64,000 nucleotides of DNA from assembly GCF_003918875.1 (NCBI RefSeq), contig NW_025767079.1, forward strand, positions 2,852,001 through 2,916,000, read 5' to 3'. Shown in pieces: positions 1 to 11,661 of this stretch. Numbering within the stretch: position 1 is the stretch's first letter; every line of letters begins with the position of its first letter. Both the position numbers and the translations under genes were made by a program. The DNA comes from Haliotis rubra (Eukaryota). The notes beneath the pieces are model-generated. The model was not told the origin of the DNA, made no database searches, and saw nothing but the letters and a program-made list of their open reading frames with translations.

Positions 1-1415
1 TTATTTTATATCAGTGAAGAATGTTGAAATTGAATTTTTTGAAAAATATGAGTATAACCCTGTATTTGTGATACCATAAAAGGTGAATGATTTTTGTCAA
101 TTCTTGGTGAAGTGAATTTGCCTGTATTAACCAAGCATGGTCACTACTCAGAAGAAATTTTAATTCAGCTTCTACAGTAACTACACCCACAACTTCTTTT
201 TTCATTTGATAGTCACTACATATCATTTATTAAACTTGCATGGTTTCATATACAGTATAATGCACTTGTGGTGATAGAGACTTAAATGTTGCACAGAATT
301 GTGTAAAGGCTCTGTGTGAATGTATTTAATAGACGATACCAAAGACTTTGTAGATTGAACTTTTTTCAATGTTTTTTTAAGACGAAAGATGGAACCTTGT
401 GATATTGATCTATAGCTGAGATAAGATCTTATTTTGTTCGTTTTTTCCATCTCTGCTCATGTCATTGATCTTCCAAATGCAAGTTCACCATGGCAACCAC
501 AGATGTTTTGTTTTTCTATACAAGACAATAATGTTTACATGGTACCGTAGTCAATGAAGTTAGAGTACATAAGCAAATAACCACATCCTGAAATACAAGC
601 GCCATGACACCCTACAACCTACTACCCTCGTCCAGAATCTGTCCTATTTCTAAGCTGTTATAGCATTCTTTTTGCATTAGAATTGAGTTGGTATTAAACA
701 AAAGTAGAATAAAATGTTTGAAGTCGAAAAATATCGCATTCTTCTGCATCTCAGTTTATATCTAAGTCTCGTATATATATTTTTTCAGCTCAGATCACAA
801 ACTGATCATATGATATGGAAGATGGACTAAATTATCAGTTGCTGAAAGAAAATGTGACATTTTTTATTTAGGTGTATCCTCCATTTTTAAATGTGTCTAC
901 AGCAGAATTATGTTCTTTGTTAACCTTAATTTGCTTGGTTATGTTTACTTAAGAGTAAATACGTTTCACCTCAGATAAACCTGCCACTCGCCATCTGAGC
1001 TTTTGCATAGTAATTTTATCATTTCAAGATATTTTGCCTTTGTCAGTGAAGGTTCAAGTTAAGCCATCAATGGATAAAAGTAATAGTGTGTTGGTATGAG
1101 CAAATCTTGTTAATTACCCGCAGTCATCCGACTTGGTTGAAAACATGTACACTAACTACATTGATTACGGTAACACAAGTGAGTTGTATGTGTTCCATTA
1201 CCAAGAAGAATGAACAGTTCAAATATTTAATTTTGAAATGTATACCAAAATCTGACCTGGAAAGTCTTGAAGCATTTACTTTTGACTTGAAAACTGTTTT
1301 GTCACGTGGATTTCAAAATGCTTATGATATGCATGATGCCTTGGCTTTAAATTGTTGGTTATCTTGATATATATGTTTATGAAAATGGCTGACCATGTTT
1401 TGGTTCCTTTCACAG

Positions 1416-1506
1416 TGTTGACTATGAGACTGGGATAAGTATCCACAGCTGCCAAAATACCCTGGGACGGGCTACTGGTGACGATGATGCTCCTGCGTTA
1501 TCTTAA
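1416..1506 (+). CDS. Possible terminal coding exon of an upstream plus-strand gene (VDYETGISIHSCQNTLGRATGDDDAPALS*)
   Basis: Polypyrimidine tract and AG (ttggttcctttcacag), then a relatively GC-rich open frame to TAA, followed by long AT-rich 3'UTR-like sequence. No homology recognised. Confidence 0.25.
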
Positions 1507-2258
1507 CATGTATTTTTCAGTACATGGTTGAAATTTTGAGCAGTTTTTACTAATATTTGTAGCTTTGGCTCGAGGTTATTTTGGACTGAAGGGATTCCCA
1601 GTCGTAATACTGCCTTCAACATGATCACTTTGATTTAAATCAATGTCTTGATTATTTATGATTATTTAAATTAATGAGAATGAAGATGAATGTGCAATTA
1701 AGAGGCATGCTTAATTTGTTTAATTTGAATCTTTTTGTTTATTTTAATCCCAGTTATGGATTGTTGATGGTTTTTTTAATTGTAATACTAACAGTTCCTG
1801 AATTGAGCAGTCCTGCTCGATTTTGCTTGAATTCATTTGATAACCAAATGAATGTTGTATTTTCTCTTTTTTGATAACAAAATACATTTTTTAGTTGTTT
1901 TCCAACATACACTGTAAAATGTTTATTTTTTAGATTTCTTGAAAATTGTAAAACGCAAATTCTTGACCAAAATAGACTGATGAAAATATTATTTTGTATT
2001 TCATTTTTTCTTGAATCTTTGGTTCTTATTTTGTTGAAACATATTGTAAGTTTGATATTTATCGAGAAATCAACTTACAACATGTCCTGTTGCAAGGTTC
2101 TTTTTGTTAAGGGCTGGATCGAAGGGCAGGATCAAGTGGTAGGGTTTGGAAATATGAGTACAACATGTAATAAGATGGGCAAACTGCAGCTATTTTTCCC
2201 CATTACCTTAAAGTCGACTAAGTTTTGATGTCCCCTCTCTGATTGAAAGGAGTAAAGG

Positions 2259-2488
2259 CAGTGTATGAAATAAGTCCCGTCCAACTGCCCGAGACGGGCT
2301 AGATTTCTGACGGTCTAAATTTACAGCCAGCCAGCCCGATGGTCTGGTAATTTTTTAGATATTCCATACATCTGAGTAAATTCACCATATCTTGGTGTCT
2401 GGTCTGGTTGAGTCCATTTGGGGCTGGTAACATTTTAAAGTTACCAGCCCTGATGTCTGGCTGGGTTTTTGGCTTATTTCATACACTG
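2259..2488. mobile_element. MITE (~230 bp, 16-bp TIR CAGTGTATGAAATAAG), copy 1
   Basis: TIRs cagtgtatgaaataag / cttatttcatacactg; flanks gtaaagg and gtcaagg (7-bp TSD, 1 mismatch); second copy at 5129-5362. Confidence 0.85.
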
Positions 2489-2509
2489 GTCAAGGTGCCT
2501 CATGTTGGT

Positions 2510-3320
2510 TGGGGCCCCTTCAATAGCTTGATCTTTGCACTGAGATGTGCAATTGCCATGGTAAAACATAGGCTACAGTTAGTCGTATAGCTTTGTGGAA
2601 CTGGACCCTGGACCCTGATTACAAATTGATTGTACCGCTAAGACGATCGTAAGAGCAATCTTTCAACACAGACTTACAACAGTCATAGGGCTGTAATCAC
2701 TTTGTGGAACTGGACCCTGATTACAAAGTTATCGTACTACTAAGATGATTGTATGAACACAGACTTACAACAGTCATAGGGCTGTAATTACTTTGTGGAA
2801 CTGGACCCTGGGCCTTGATTACAAAGTAATTGTACCGCTAAGACAATCATAAGAGCAATCTTTCAACACAGACTTATGACTATCGTAGGGATGTGATTAC
2901 TTTGTGGAATTGGTCCCTGGGCCCTGATCCACTAAGTAATCGTAGTGCTTAAGCGATCGTAAGACCAGTATTTTAACACAAACTTACGTCATAGAGCTGT
3001 GATTACTTTGTGGAAGGTCCCTGAGCCCAGATCACAAAGTTATCTTACTACTAAGATGATCGTATGAACACAGACTTACGACAGTCGTAGAGCTGATTAC
3101 TTTGTGGAAGGTCCCTGAGCCCTGATCACAAAGTTATCTTACTACTAAGATGATGGTATGAACACAGACTTACAACAGCCGTAGGGCTGTGATTACTTTG
3201 TGGAACTGGTCCTTGGCCTCTTTTCACAAAATGATCTCAGTACTATGATTAAAGACTGTTTAAGTGTTGGGGTTACTGTTGTCTTTGTGCTAAGATTGCT
3301 TTGTGAAGCCAAGCCCAGTT
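2510..3320. repeat. Tandem array of ~8 degenerate 90-110-bp palindromic (MITE-like) units
   Basis: Repeating ccctgattacaaag...aacacagacttacaacagtc...gattactttgtggaactgg; unit ends are imperfect inverted repeats. Confidence 0.8.
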
Positions 3321-4164
3321 AAACTGAAGTTAACCTATTCTGAGCTCTTGACAGCGTGAGGCATACAGTATTTTCTGTCCTGAACATTATGACGATCGGT
3401 CAATTCATGCTCAGAAACTTGTCTTATTGTAAGCACGGTTGTTTTATTAAGTTGTTAATTTTAAATTGTTGAAAATTCCACAAATTAAGCATCCCTCTCA
3501 TCATGGCTGTAGTGTTTATATATAGTTTGGTATAGTGAGTTTTTAACCCAAAAATGTTTGGAAAAAATCACAAATCTTGTGATTTGATAAATATTTGTAT
3601 CAAAGTCGAATGGTTGTGAAGACAAATACCGAAACCTCCTTGTGTCCGTAACTTGCAGCTGTAGATATGTGTATGTGAAAAGGTGTATCTGTTTAGCCTT
3701 AGGTTGTATGTTCACTCAACTCGCTGTCTCACACATATATATCATTATGTTATCACCAGTTTTATCTGTCATTTATTTTTGTTGCGTAGTGTAGATCTCT
3801 ACTCTTAACCATGAAAAATTTACAGTGGTTCTGTCTTGGAACCAGAAGCAAGAGGATGTTGATCATACTGACATTTTGGCATTGAAGTCCTTTGTGTGGA
3901 TGGATGTCTTTCTTGTTCATTCATGATTAAAAATTAGAAATTTGAATCTTGTGAAAATAAATTTTTATATTTTCACTGCAGGAAAGAAATGCTGAAAAAT
4001 CAATAACATTTTTATAGAATTTTTAGAATTTCTCAAAAATCTCTCTATGACGTCTTAGTATTATGAAAGGAAGTTGCTGCAATTTGTTTCTGATTAAACT
4101 TCTTGTAGTGTTCTAGTTTAATTTCGAACAAATTTTTAATTGATTCAGCAGAAAAAAGGATGGT

Positions 4165-4206
<42 letters not shown>
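4165..4206. repeat. (ATG)n microsatellite, ~14 units
   Basis: Directly visible. Confidence 0.95.
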
Positions 4207-5050
4207 GTGATGCACATTTTATGTTTCAAGTACAGTTTCAGAACATTATCAAAGACATCACACATCTTCAGTGCCAAAATGGATGTTGATGTTTTTCCAT
4301 AAGTTAAAAGAACTATCTAAGCCTTATTTGGTGTTAGCCTCTTGTCATTTTCAAAATTGATATCTTTCCTGTCTTATTGAGTAATTTCAGATAAAAACCA
4401 ATAAACTGAATTCTGATTGATAATTGTGAATTTGAACCAGTGCATGCTGGTGCTAGCTTTTTCCTTTAATCCATTAACAATACCCCAGAAGGGCTTAATC
4501 CTGTGAAAGCTATTTGGTGGCTTAAAGCTAAGGGACACTGTCAAAAGTTCTGTCAGCCTTTTTTTTTAACTTAAGCTTCACATGGTGTCGATGTATGACA
4601 TTTTCATACAAATTTCATTAAAATGCCAATATTTCGTGAAAAATGGCTTTAGAACTTTTGACATGACCCCTTTGTTAGTTTCATCCATCATGTTTCATTG
4701 CAAACCAAAGATGCGTCCCAGGACACGGGGCTTGAATTAATGCTTTATAACTGAGAAATATATTTTATTAATTGCTTTGGTGGCTTTTGCCGATCGGCAA
4801 GTGTTGAGTTTGATCAGTGTACAGTGTGCAAAGTTGATAGACTGTATACCTCCTTGCAGACAATCAGTAAATCCAATAAACAAAACAGTTGTGGTCTGTT
4901 CTGTGTTTTTTTCACGATATTTTATTGTATCTTTTGCCTTGTGTATTCATTATAAAACACTCGTTTCAACATGTAATGGGGACATCCGTTTGGCACGGTT
5001 ATTTGGAGTTGTCCCCCTTGTCAGTGTCCTTGTGTTCATCAGGGTGTTCA

Positions 5051-5452
5051 GGGGCGATGGGGCAGCCTGGTGGTTAAAACGTTCACTCGCGCCGATGACC
5101 TGGGTTCGATTCCCCTCATGGGTATAATCAGTGAATGAAATAAGTTCCGTCCGACCGCCCCCGACGGGCTAGATTTCTGACGGACGGTCTAAATTTACAG
5201 CTAGCCAGCCCGATGGTCTGGTAATTTTTTAGATATTCCATACATCTGAGTAAATCCACCATATCTTGGTGTCTGGTCTGGTTAAATCCATTTTGGGCTG
5301 GTAACAGTTTGAAGTTACCAGCCCTGTTGTCTGGCTGGGTTTTTGGCTTATTTCATACACTGGTATAATGTGTGAAGCCCAATTCTGGTATCCCCTGCCA
5401 TGATATTGCTGGAATAATGTTAAAAACAGCATAAAACCATACTCACTCACTC
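5051..5452 (+). mobile_element. tRNA-head SINE (family 1) interrupted by a MITE
   Basis: A-box-like ggcagcctggtggttaa, B-box gggttcgattccc, (CACT)n tail; same family as 21582-21751; approximate TSD cagggtgttca / cagggcattca. Confidence 0.8.
5129..5362. mobile_element. MITE copy 2 nested in a SINE
   Basis: Same TIRs as 2259-2488 (one mismatch); perfect 7-bp TSD GTATAAT at 5122-5128 and 5363-5369. Confidence 0.9.
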
Positions 5453-6119
5453 AAAACAGGGCATTCAGCTCGTTTGAAATTGGCGAAATTGAGTTTGAGT
5501 GTGGCACATGTGTCGCCCTGATGTCCTGACGCCAACCCAACGTAATAGGTCACTTGAGGTGAACCCAGAATATAGAAGGAGTTGACTGCCAAATGTGTTC
5601 CCAATCCCTGCCAATTTGCAGGCCATATGATCTTGGCCAGAAATGTTCTCTAGTACTTCGTGATTTTCAAAAGTGCGCATGATATTTGGATCTGATGGTA
5701 TTTTGTTGTGTCCCAATGTGGAAGAGAAGCGTGAGTGAGTTAAAAGTTAAGTCACGACTGCAATATTTCAGCCATATTTCGGTGACTAGAACAAGTCATA
5801 CATAAATAATACATTTTAAGACTAAAATCTGTTGGCAAAAACTGTAAAAGATCTAGATTATCATACATTTACGTAAAAGGTAGCATTAAAAGTAGTGATG
5901 GAAAAATCAATATGGTCAAACAGGATTATTTCATCACAAGAGATGCAAAATGGAGGAACCTCACCTTTTAATAAATATTTTATTATTATAGCATGAACCG
6001 GGATTTAAATACACATGAGCATTAATCAGGTGAAAGCACCACTCACTTTTTATGTATTTTTATTTATGTTGTATTTGCTTTAAAAACCAAATTCCTCATC
6101 ATTTTATGGATTTCTGCAA

Positions 6120-6325
6120 AAGGTCGATGACGGCTGCAGAACAACGAGGTCAAGTGTTGTCATCGTTGTATATTTAACGACTGGCAATGGGATAGTTATC
6201 AAAATGTGATACGACGGCGGTATCCTGAATATCCTGATGATAACATTGAACACTCAGTGTCCCAGGAACTGTGTTGAGTTCCAAATGGCAGGAATACGAA
6301 ACGCACCCCACGCCATCACCGAACC
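6120..6325 (-). pseudogene. Degenerate Tc1/mariner transposase catalytic-domain fragment
   Basis: Across frames reads GSVMAWGA..SYSCHLELNTVPGTL...YHQDI..VVSHFDNYPIASR*IYNDDNT*PR, matching the Tc1 GSVMxWG ... xxDNARPH motifs also seen in the 7298-8797 element. Confidence 0.65.
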
Positions 6326-6366
6326 AACACAAAACAAATCCAACTATTGATTTAATTTGTAAATTC

Positions 6367-6467
6367 AATTGCCGATAATCTGATGTTGCAGTCGTTGCAC
6401 AGCTGCAGGTAATCTGAAGCTGCAGTCGTTGCACAGCTGCCGGTAATCTTAAGCTGCAGTCGTTGCG
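6367..6467. repeat. 34-bp minisatellite (GCAGTCGTTGCACAGCTGCCGGTAATCTGAAGCT), ~3 units
   Basis: Direct tandem repeats; the same satellite marks each duplicated block. Confidence 0.9.
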
Positions 6468-6596
6468 TGGATCAAATATTTTTAAACGGATATCAAACGT
6501 GATCGAGCAGCCTTGCGAAGCGTACGTAAAATACTGCTATAGGTTTTGGAAACGTTTCATGGGTGTCTTTAATTATTCACCCCAAATTCAGAAGGT

Positions 6597-6811
6597 TTGG
6601 TTTGTTGTGTAACGCCGCACTCAGTAATATTCCAGTAATATGGTTTCTGTCTGTAAATAATCGAGTCCGGACCAGACAATCCACTGGTCAACAGCATGAG
6701 CATTGATCTACCCAAATGGGATACGATGACATGTGTCAACCAATTCAGGTAGCCTGACCTCCCGATCCCGTTAGTCACCTCTTACGACAAGCGTGGGTTG
6801 CTGAAGACCAG
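6597..6811 (-). mobile_element. SINE-like interspersed repeat (family 2) in the esterase 3' flank; paralogs near 18010, 25745, 32195, 40785, 52705
   Basis: Reverse complement of the element at 19611-19877. Confidence 0.75.
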
Positions 6812-6991
6812 GGCCTAGATTTTCGAAGCTCTCTTAGCGCTAAGTGCCATACCTTAACATTAACCGGACTAAAACTAAAACTCAACGCCGATGAGATTAG
6901 ATATATGAACTGTTTACAATAATATCTGCTCCTGACGGCTTTTACATTTGTTACTCAATTACACATTTAAATACAAATGAAATCCCACTTT

Positions 6992-6997
6992 TTTAAT
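6992..6997 (-). terminator. Candidate polyadenylation signal ATTAAA for the constant exon
   Basis: ~35 nt after the TAG, followed by a U/GU-rich tract; present after all six terminal exons. Confidence 0.5.
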
Positions 6998-7030
6998 TCG
7001 AAAAGTCAGCATCTTGCAGTCGTTGCATGG

Positions 7031-7250
7031 CTAACCGACAATGTTAGGGTGGGGGTTCTTCGTCGTGTGATGCTGGTTCTGTGCAGCTTGAAGGAGACGC
7101 GGCAGTGTCTGCGTCCATAAGGTGACCCGGTCCTTGTAGGGCTTGGATCCGACGGACATTGTGGTATTCAGCAGTAGATAGTGTTCCCCTGGCTCCGAGA
7201 ACTGAGGCCAAGTCTGGTGCAGGCCATACTGTACAGCGTTGTTGGGATCA
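7031..7250 (-). CDS. Carboxylesterase terminal ('constant') exon C1: 72 aa, DPNNAVQYGLHQTWPQFSEPGEHYLLLNTTMSVGSKPYKDRVTLWTQTLPRLLQAAQNQHHTTKNPHPNIVG*
   Basis: Acceptor tttctactttacAG; 220 nt completes the phase-2 Gly codon of FARYG, giving the FARxGDPN...WPxF...YL...W C-terminus typical of carboxylesterases; not in the ORF track. Confidence 0.9.
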
Positions 7251-7297
7251 CTGTAAAGTAGAAACAGCCCTCAATGATTATCAGGTCACTTAAAATA

Positions 7298-8797
7298 TAC
7301 TAGGCGCTTAAAGAAACTGCATACAAAAATTTAAAATCTAAACTGATCAAACCTGTGTAGACACATAAGGATTTAAACTCAGAGATTAGTGACATGTATC
7401 CAACATGCATGCACGTGCCACGTTCCGTGACGTCAGTGGGTTCGTCCTTGAGACGTGCAATACGTTGTTGCACGTGCATTCCGCGAAAGAAAACAGCAAA
7501 TGAATGCCACACAATACTGTCACTTTGGAAAGCTCAACCCCTGCCCTTGCGATCGTTCAAAAAAATTAAACGGTTATTGAAACGCATAGCATGCCAAGGC
7601 TCACGTCTGCACAACGTCATGAGGCCATTGGGGTGGTCCGTGGGGGAATGTCTCAACGACAAGTGGCTGCACATTTCCACTGCCACCAGAACACCATTTC
7701 TGCACTGGTGAGACGCTACCAGAATGCAAATGACGTCATCGATCGGCCACGTTCTGGACGTCCACGTGTAACAACGCCAAGACAGGCAGGATAAGGGTGA
7801 CCTATCTTCGCCACAGGTTTCAGACTGCAGTGATGACTGCCCGAATCATCCCAGGACTTCGCCGTATCCACCCCAACACAGTTTGACAACGTTTACGTCA
7901 TCACGGGATCAGACCACGACGTCCCGCCATACGGCCTATCCTGACACAACGTCATCGACAAGCTCGCCGACTGTGGTGCCGAAATCATGCCCGCAGACCC
8001 TTGTTTTGGTGGAGAAATGTTGTTTTTTACAGATGAGTCCAGGTTTAACATTTCCCATAGTGATGGACGTCAACGTGCCTATAGACGCGTGGGAGAACGT
8101 TATGCACAGGCCTGTGTCTTGGAGAGGAATCGCTTTGGTGGTGGTTCCGTGATGATTTGGGGTGGAATAACAGCATGCCAAAGAACTCCTTTGGTGATTG
8201 TTCAGGGCAACTTAACTGGTGTGGGCTACAGGGATCAGATTCTTCGACCTGTGGCAATTCCTTTTCTGCAACGTCATGGCCCTGGGTTAACATTCCAACA
8301 GGACAATGCCCGCCCTCATACGGCAAGGGTTGCTATGGATTACTTGCAACACCACAACGTTGACTTACTGCCTTGGCCTGCAAATTCACCGGATCTCTCC
8401 CCGATAGAGTATGTTTGGGACGAGATGGATCGACGTCTACGCCGTCTTCCTCATCCGCCAGATAACGTCCTTGACCTTGCAACACAACTCGAGAGAATCT
8501 GGCGTGACATCCCACAAGCCTTCCTTGCACGTTTGATAGGCTCTATGCGTCGTCGATGCACTGCTGTTCTCAATGCCGATGGTGGACATACCCGTTATTG
8601 AGCTTGTGACATGGTCGTTTGACCCCTGTCCCGCTTGTGGACTCGTCATTGTGATTGACTTTTCAATTGAAATTCTCCCAAATTGTTATGGTCTCATGAT
8701 CCCTCCATTAAAGTTTATATGTACCTTTGACATTGTTATCGTACATATCAACTGGGATAATATTTTGACAATGCACAGTTTCTTTATGTGGCTAGTA
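7298..8797 (+). mobile_element. Tc1/mariner DNA transposon (1.5 kb) in the esterase intron
   Basis: 22-bp TIRs (19/22 identical); TA TSD at 7296-7297 and 8798-8799; empty site taaaaTAgttcac in the paralog at 18681. Confidence 0.95.
7591..8601 (+). pseudogene. Tc1 DD34E transposase, frameshifted
   Basis: HTH N-terminus with GRPR; FTDESRF, QQDNARPH, SPDLSPIE with 34 residues between D and E; split across frames. Confidence 0.9.
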
Positions 8798-8904
8798 TAG
8801 TTCACACCATTCAGGTGAGCTACATAATGACACAAGAGCCTGAAGTAATAATTTCAAAAGTGAAACAAAATATGTAACTTTGATCATTGGAACATTGCTT
8901 GGTT

Positions 8905-9505
8905 GCAGCTAGTCAAGGATAAGGTAAGTACATATGACCAAATGCAGTTGGTCAATGTACTGCAGCCAAGGTTATTTATCAATAAGATCAGGACATGAAC
9001 ATAGACTATGGATACTCGCTTTAGAACGACCTCAGAACTTCACTGACATTGCGAGAATTACACGGCTAGGTGCAACTCCAAAAGAATCAAAGGAATGTCT
9101 ATGCGGAACAGTTGCTCACGACATTATGAAACATGTTTTTATGTCATGCAAGTATAACCTAGTAGAAAGGGATTCCCTATTTGAAAGAATCTGTGACAAC
9201 CTTGACAAAGACATTTTGTTAAAATGTGGATGGAAGACGATGATGTATTCCTGTCATTCCTCCTTGGAGGGTTATCTGACCACTGTAAAGATGTATTAGT
9301 TGTAACATTTGGTCAGAACTGGTGGTAATCATTAGTTCCTCAGTTCGCAGATGGGAGAGAATACTCCGGCAATGTTCATAAATACCTACATATCTTTCAC
9401 AATGGAACAGCACTGTATAATTCAAGTACTAATAATTTTCTGTACTGTTGTTTATCAGATAAATGTAATCTTCATTTTATGGAGGAAATAAAGAATATCT
9501 ATCTA
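8905..9505 (+). mobile_element. 3' remnant of a non-LTR retrotransposon in the intron; paralogs near 18812, 26585, 33040, 41582, 53495
   Basis: ORF with a CxC...H...C knuckle (ECLCGTVAHDIMKHVFMSC), ending in AATAAA plus a (TATC)n tail. Confidence 0.5.
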
Positions 9506-10047
9506 TTTCCCATTTGTCAAATGAATCTTGGCTTTAATCAAATGAGCTTGAAATTTTTTTTATAACAGTGCAATGACTGTCTGCTGGGGATAGGTGCCTC
9601 ACTCTGGGAGTCTGGGTTCAAATCCCGGATGGGACTCAACCTGACAAAACTATTAAAATCTGTACTTTAGTCAGAAAGTGTAATCCCAAATCCCAATCAT
9701 ATGGGAAAACAATGCAATAGAAATACATTGTGTGTTGCGGAAAGTTTAGCGTATTCTGTAAGTGTAAGAAGTTTACTATACACATGTATTTCAATGTGCC
9801 CATCCATTGCTTACTCACAACACATTTGCACTCTCATCCTACCTTACTGACAGAATCAAACCAACAAAGCTCACCGCATTCCATACAAATGTTCATGAAG
9901 ATTATTTGGCGAACATACCCATGATGTCTTTCAGCAGTTCCAAACAATCAAACGATAATGTCTTTCTCCCATTCTGACACTTTCAAACTAAATTCGTCCG
10001 TCGTATTTCTTACAACCATTCTTGTAAAAACGTTTTACCAAACATAC

Positions 10048-11588
10048 CCATATCTTGCAAAATCTGTCAGCAGTCCCATCAATGTTTGTGAGAGCTTCCT
10101 TTCCGATTCATCTGGATCTGTTGAACTGATGGGGAAAACCTTTGCGAAAGCGCCCAAGATGGCTTTGCTGAGACCAAAAGTGTAATAGAGGTCTTCGCCA
10201 TGATCCATCCCCTTGCCATGACCGCTCATAAAGGATGGGATGTGGTCAAACACATACATGTAGGTCTTCTTCCCCGTTTTCAAGTTGCTGCTCAGCTTTG
10301 AATGCGCTCTCGCAAAGAGCGTCCCTGGGGCAACCATTCCAGCATCACCAAGAGTGTTCATTACTGCCTGAAGAGTAACGCTATGACTTTGAGAGGGGGC
10401 ATACACCTTCGCTACGGCCTGTGTCATGTCAGAAGAGGATGTTCCGAAATAAACCTGAAGAACCTCTGGGATGAAGGTGTTCCTGTAGTATGTCTTGTTT
10501 TGAACTGATGAGGATAATGAGGAGTGGAACAGATAATCAGCTGCTTTTGAAAGTCTCTTGAACAGCCCACCTTCATTGCTTACCACCGACACCATGCAGT
10601 CCAGATTTTGAAGCCCTACCTGCTTTAGATAACCTGGGGAGCTCATTAGTAACAACGGGTCGTCTTTGACAAATATCCCATCAATAGTAGGTACAAAATA
10701 GAACTCGGCTAATGCTGTGACGGGTTCATTTCCCATTGGCCATGATGCTGCAGCCAACGTTTTGGCAGGCACGGTCCTCAGACAGGCGATCATGGATGCG
10801 GAATCGCTCTGGGAGGAACAGTTTACTTTATGAGCCAGTTGTCGTGCATATTTCAGAGAGTTCCTTGTGTGAGCCCATGAGGACGAAACAGACCCACTCT
10901 GCATGATTGTCCTCTGAAACAAACCCTTGGACCCTGAGTACAAGGCCTGGAATGCCACACTGGCGGATCCTGCAGATTCTCCCATGAGGGTAATGCTGTT
11001 GATGTCCCCGCCAAAAGATGCAATGTTTTTCCTAACCCATTGCAGAGCAAGATGTTGGTCCCAGAGGCCATAGTTTCCGGCTGACACATCGTCCTTTGTG
11101 CTGAGGAACCCAAGTGGCCCCAAGCGATATTGGATGGTCACCATTATTACCTGTCCATGGGCAACTATCGATGAAGGGTCATAGACGAAAGCATTCCCTC
11201 CAGTGAATCCCCCTCCATGTATCCAGACAATTACAGGTATGTTCGTGGTTTCCGTAATTGAGGCTGGAGTGAATACATTCAATGTTAAGCAATCCTCGTC
11301 CCCAGTGGCACCATGTCCAACAGTCCGCGTGAGAGTTTGAACGCAAGCTGGACCATACTTGTTGGCTTTGAAGGTGTGATTAAACCCAGGATGTGGTTTG
11401 GGTGGCTTAAACCGTCTGCTCCCAGTAGGCGGAACTGCGAAGGGGATTCCTAAGAATGCATGATAAGGTGTCCAGTCCTCGGTGACGTTTGAGGTCCCCT
11501 CAACTACACCCCACGGGGCGTCTATGACAGGCAGGGCATTAAGGTGTTCGAAGGCTAACAGCAAAGTGAAGACCCCGATGACAACCAT
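10048..11588 (-). CDS. Carboxylesterase type B, large first exon V1 (intact); spliced to C1 gives ~586 aa
   Basis: Signal peptide, FLGIPFA, EDCL, WIHGGGF, GESAG (Ser), SNEG (Glu), MDHGEDL (His); ATG at 11588; donor GG|GTATGT at 10048. Confidence 0.92.
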
Positions 11589-11653
11589 CGTGTTGGATTC
11601 AGGAACGACCACACTTTCGGGTTATTTTATGTGCCAGTCACTTTCTGTGATTG

Positions 11654-11661
11654 TATAAATA
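11654..11661 (-). promoter_or_regulatory. TATA-like element (sense TATTTATA) of V1; repeated at 14839, 21303, 29027 (variant), 35479, 37909, 44364, 47101, 49337, 56514
   Basis: Conserved ~65-90 nt upstream of the ATG of every first exon that keeps its 5' end, in both diverged promoter classes. Confidence 0.6.

Noticed and set aside
11-450. Two adjacent minus-strand ORFs (71 and 75 aa)
   Set aside because: AT-rich, with no recognisable motif or splice structure; cannot be supported without a search
10048-11588. Naming the genes acetylcholinesterase or neuroligin
   Set aside because: Intact triad with no transmembrane tail argues against neuroligin; no AChE-specific motifs (FGESAG, choline-binding Trp loop) seen
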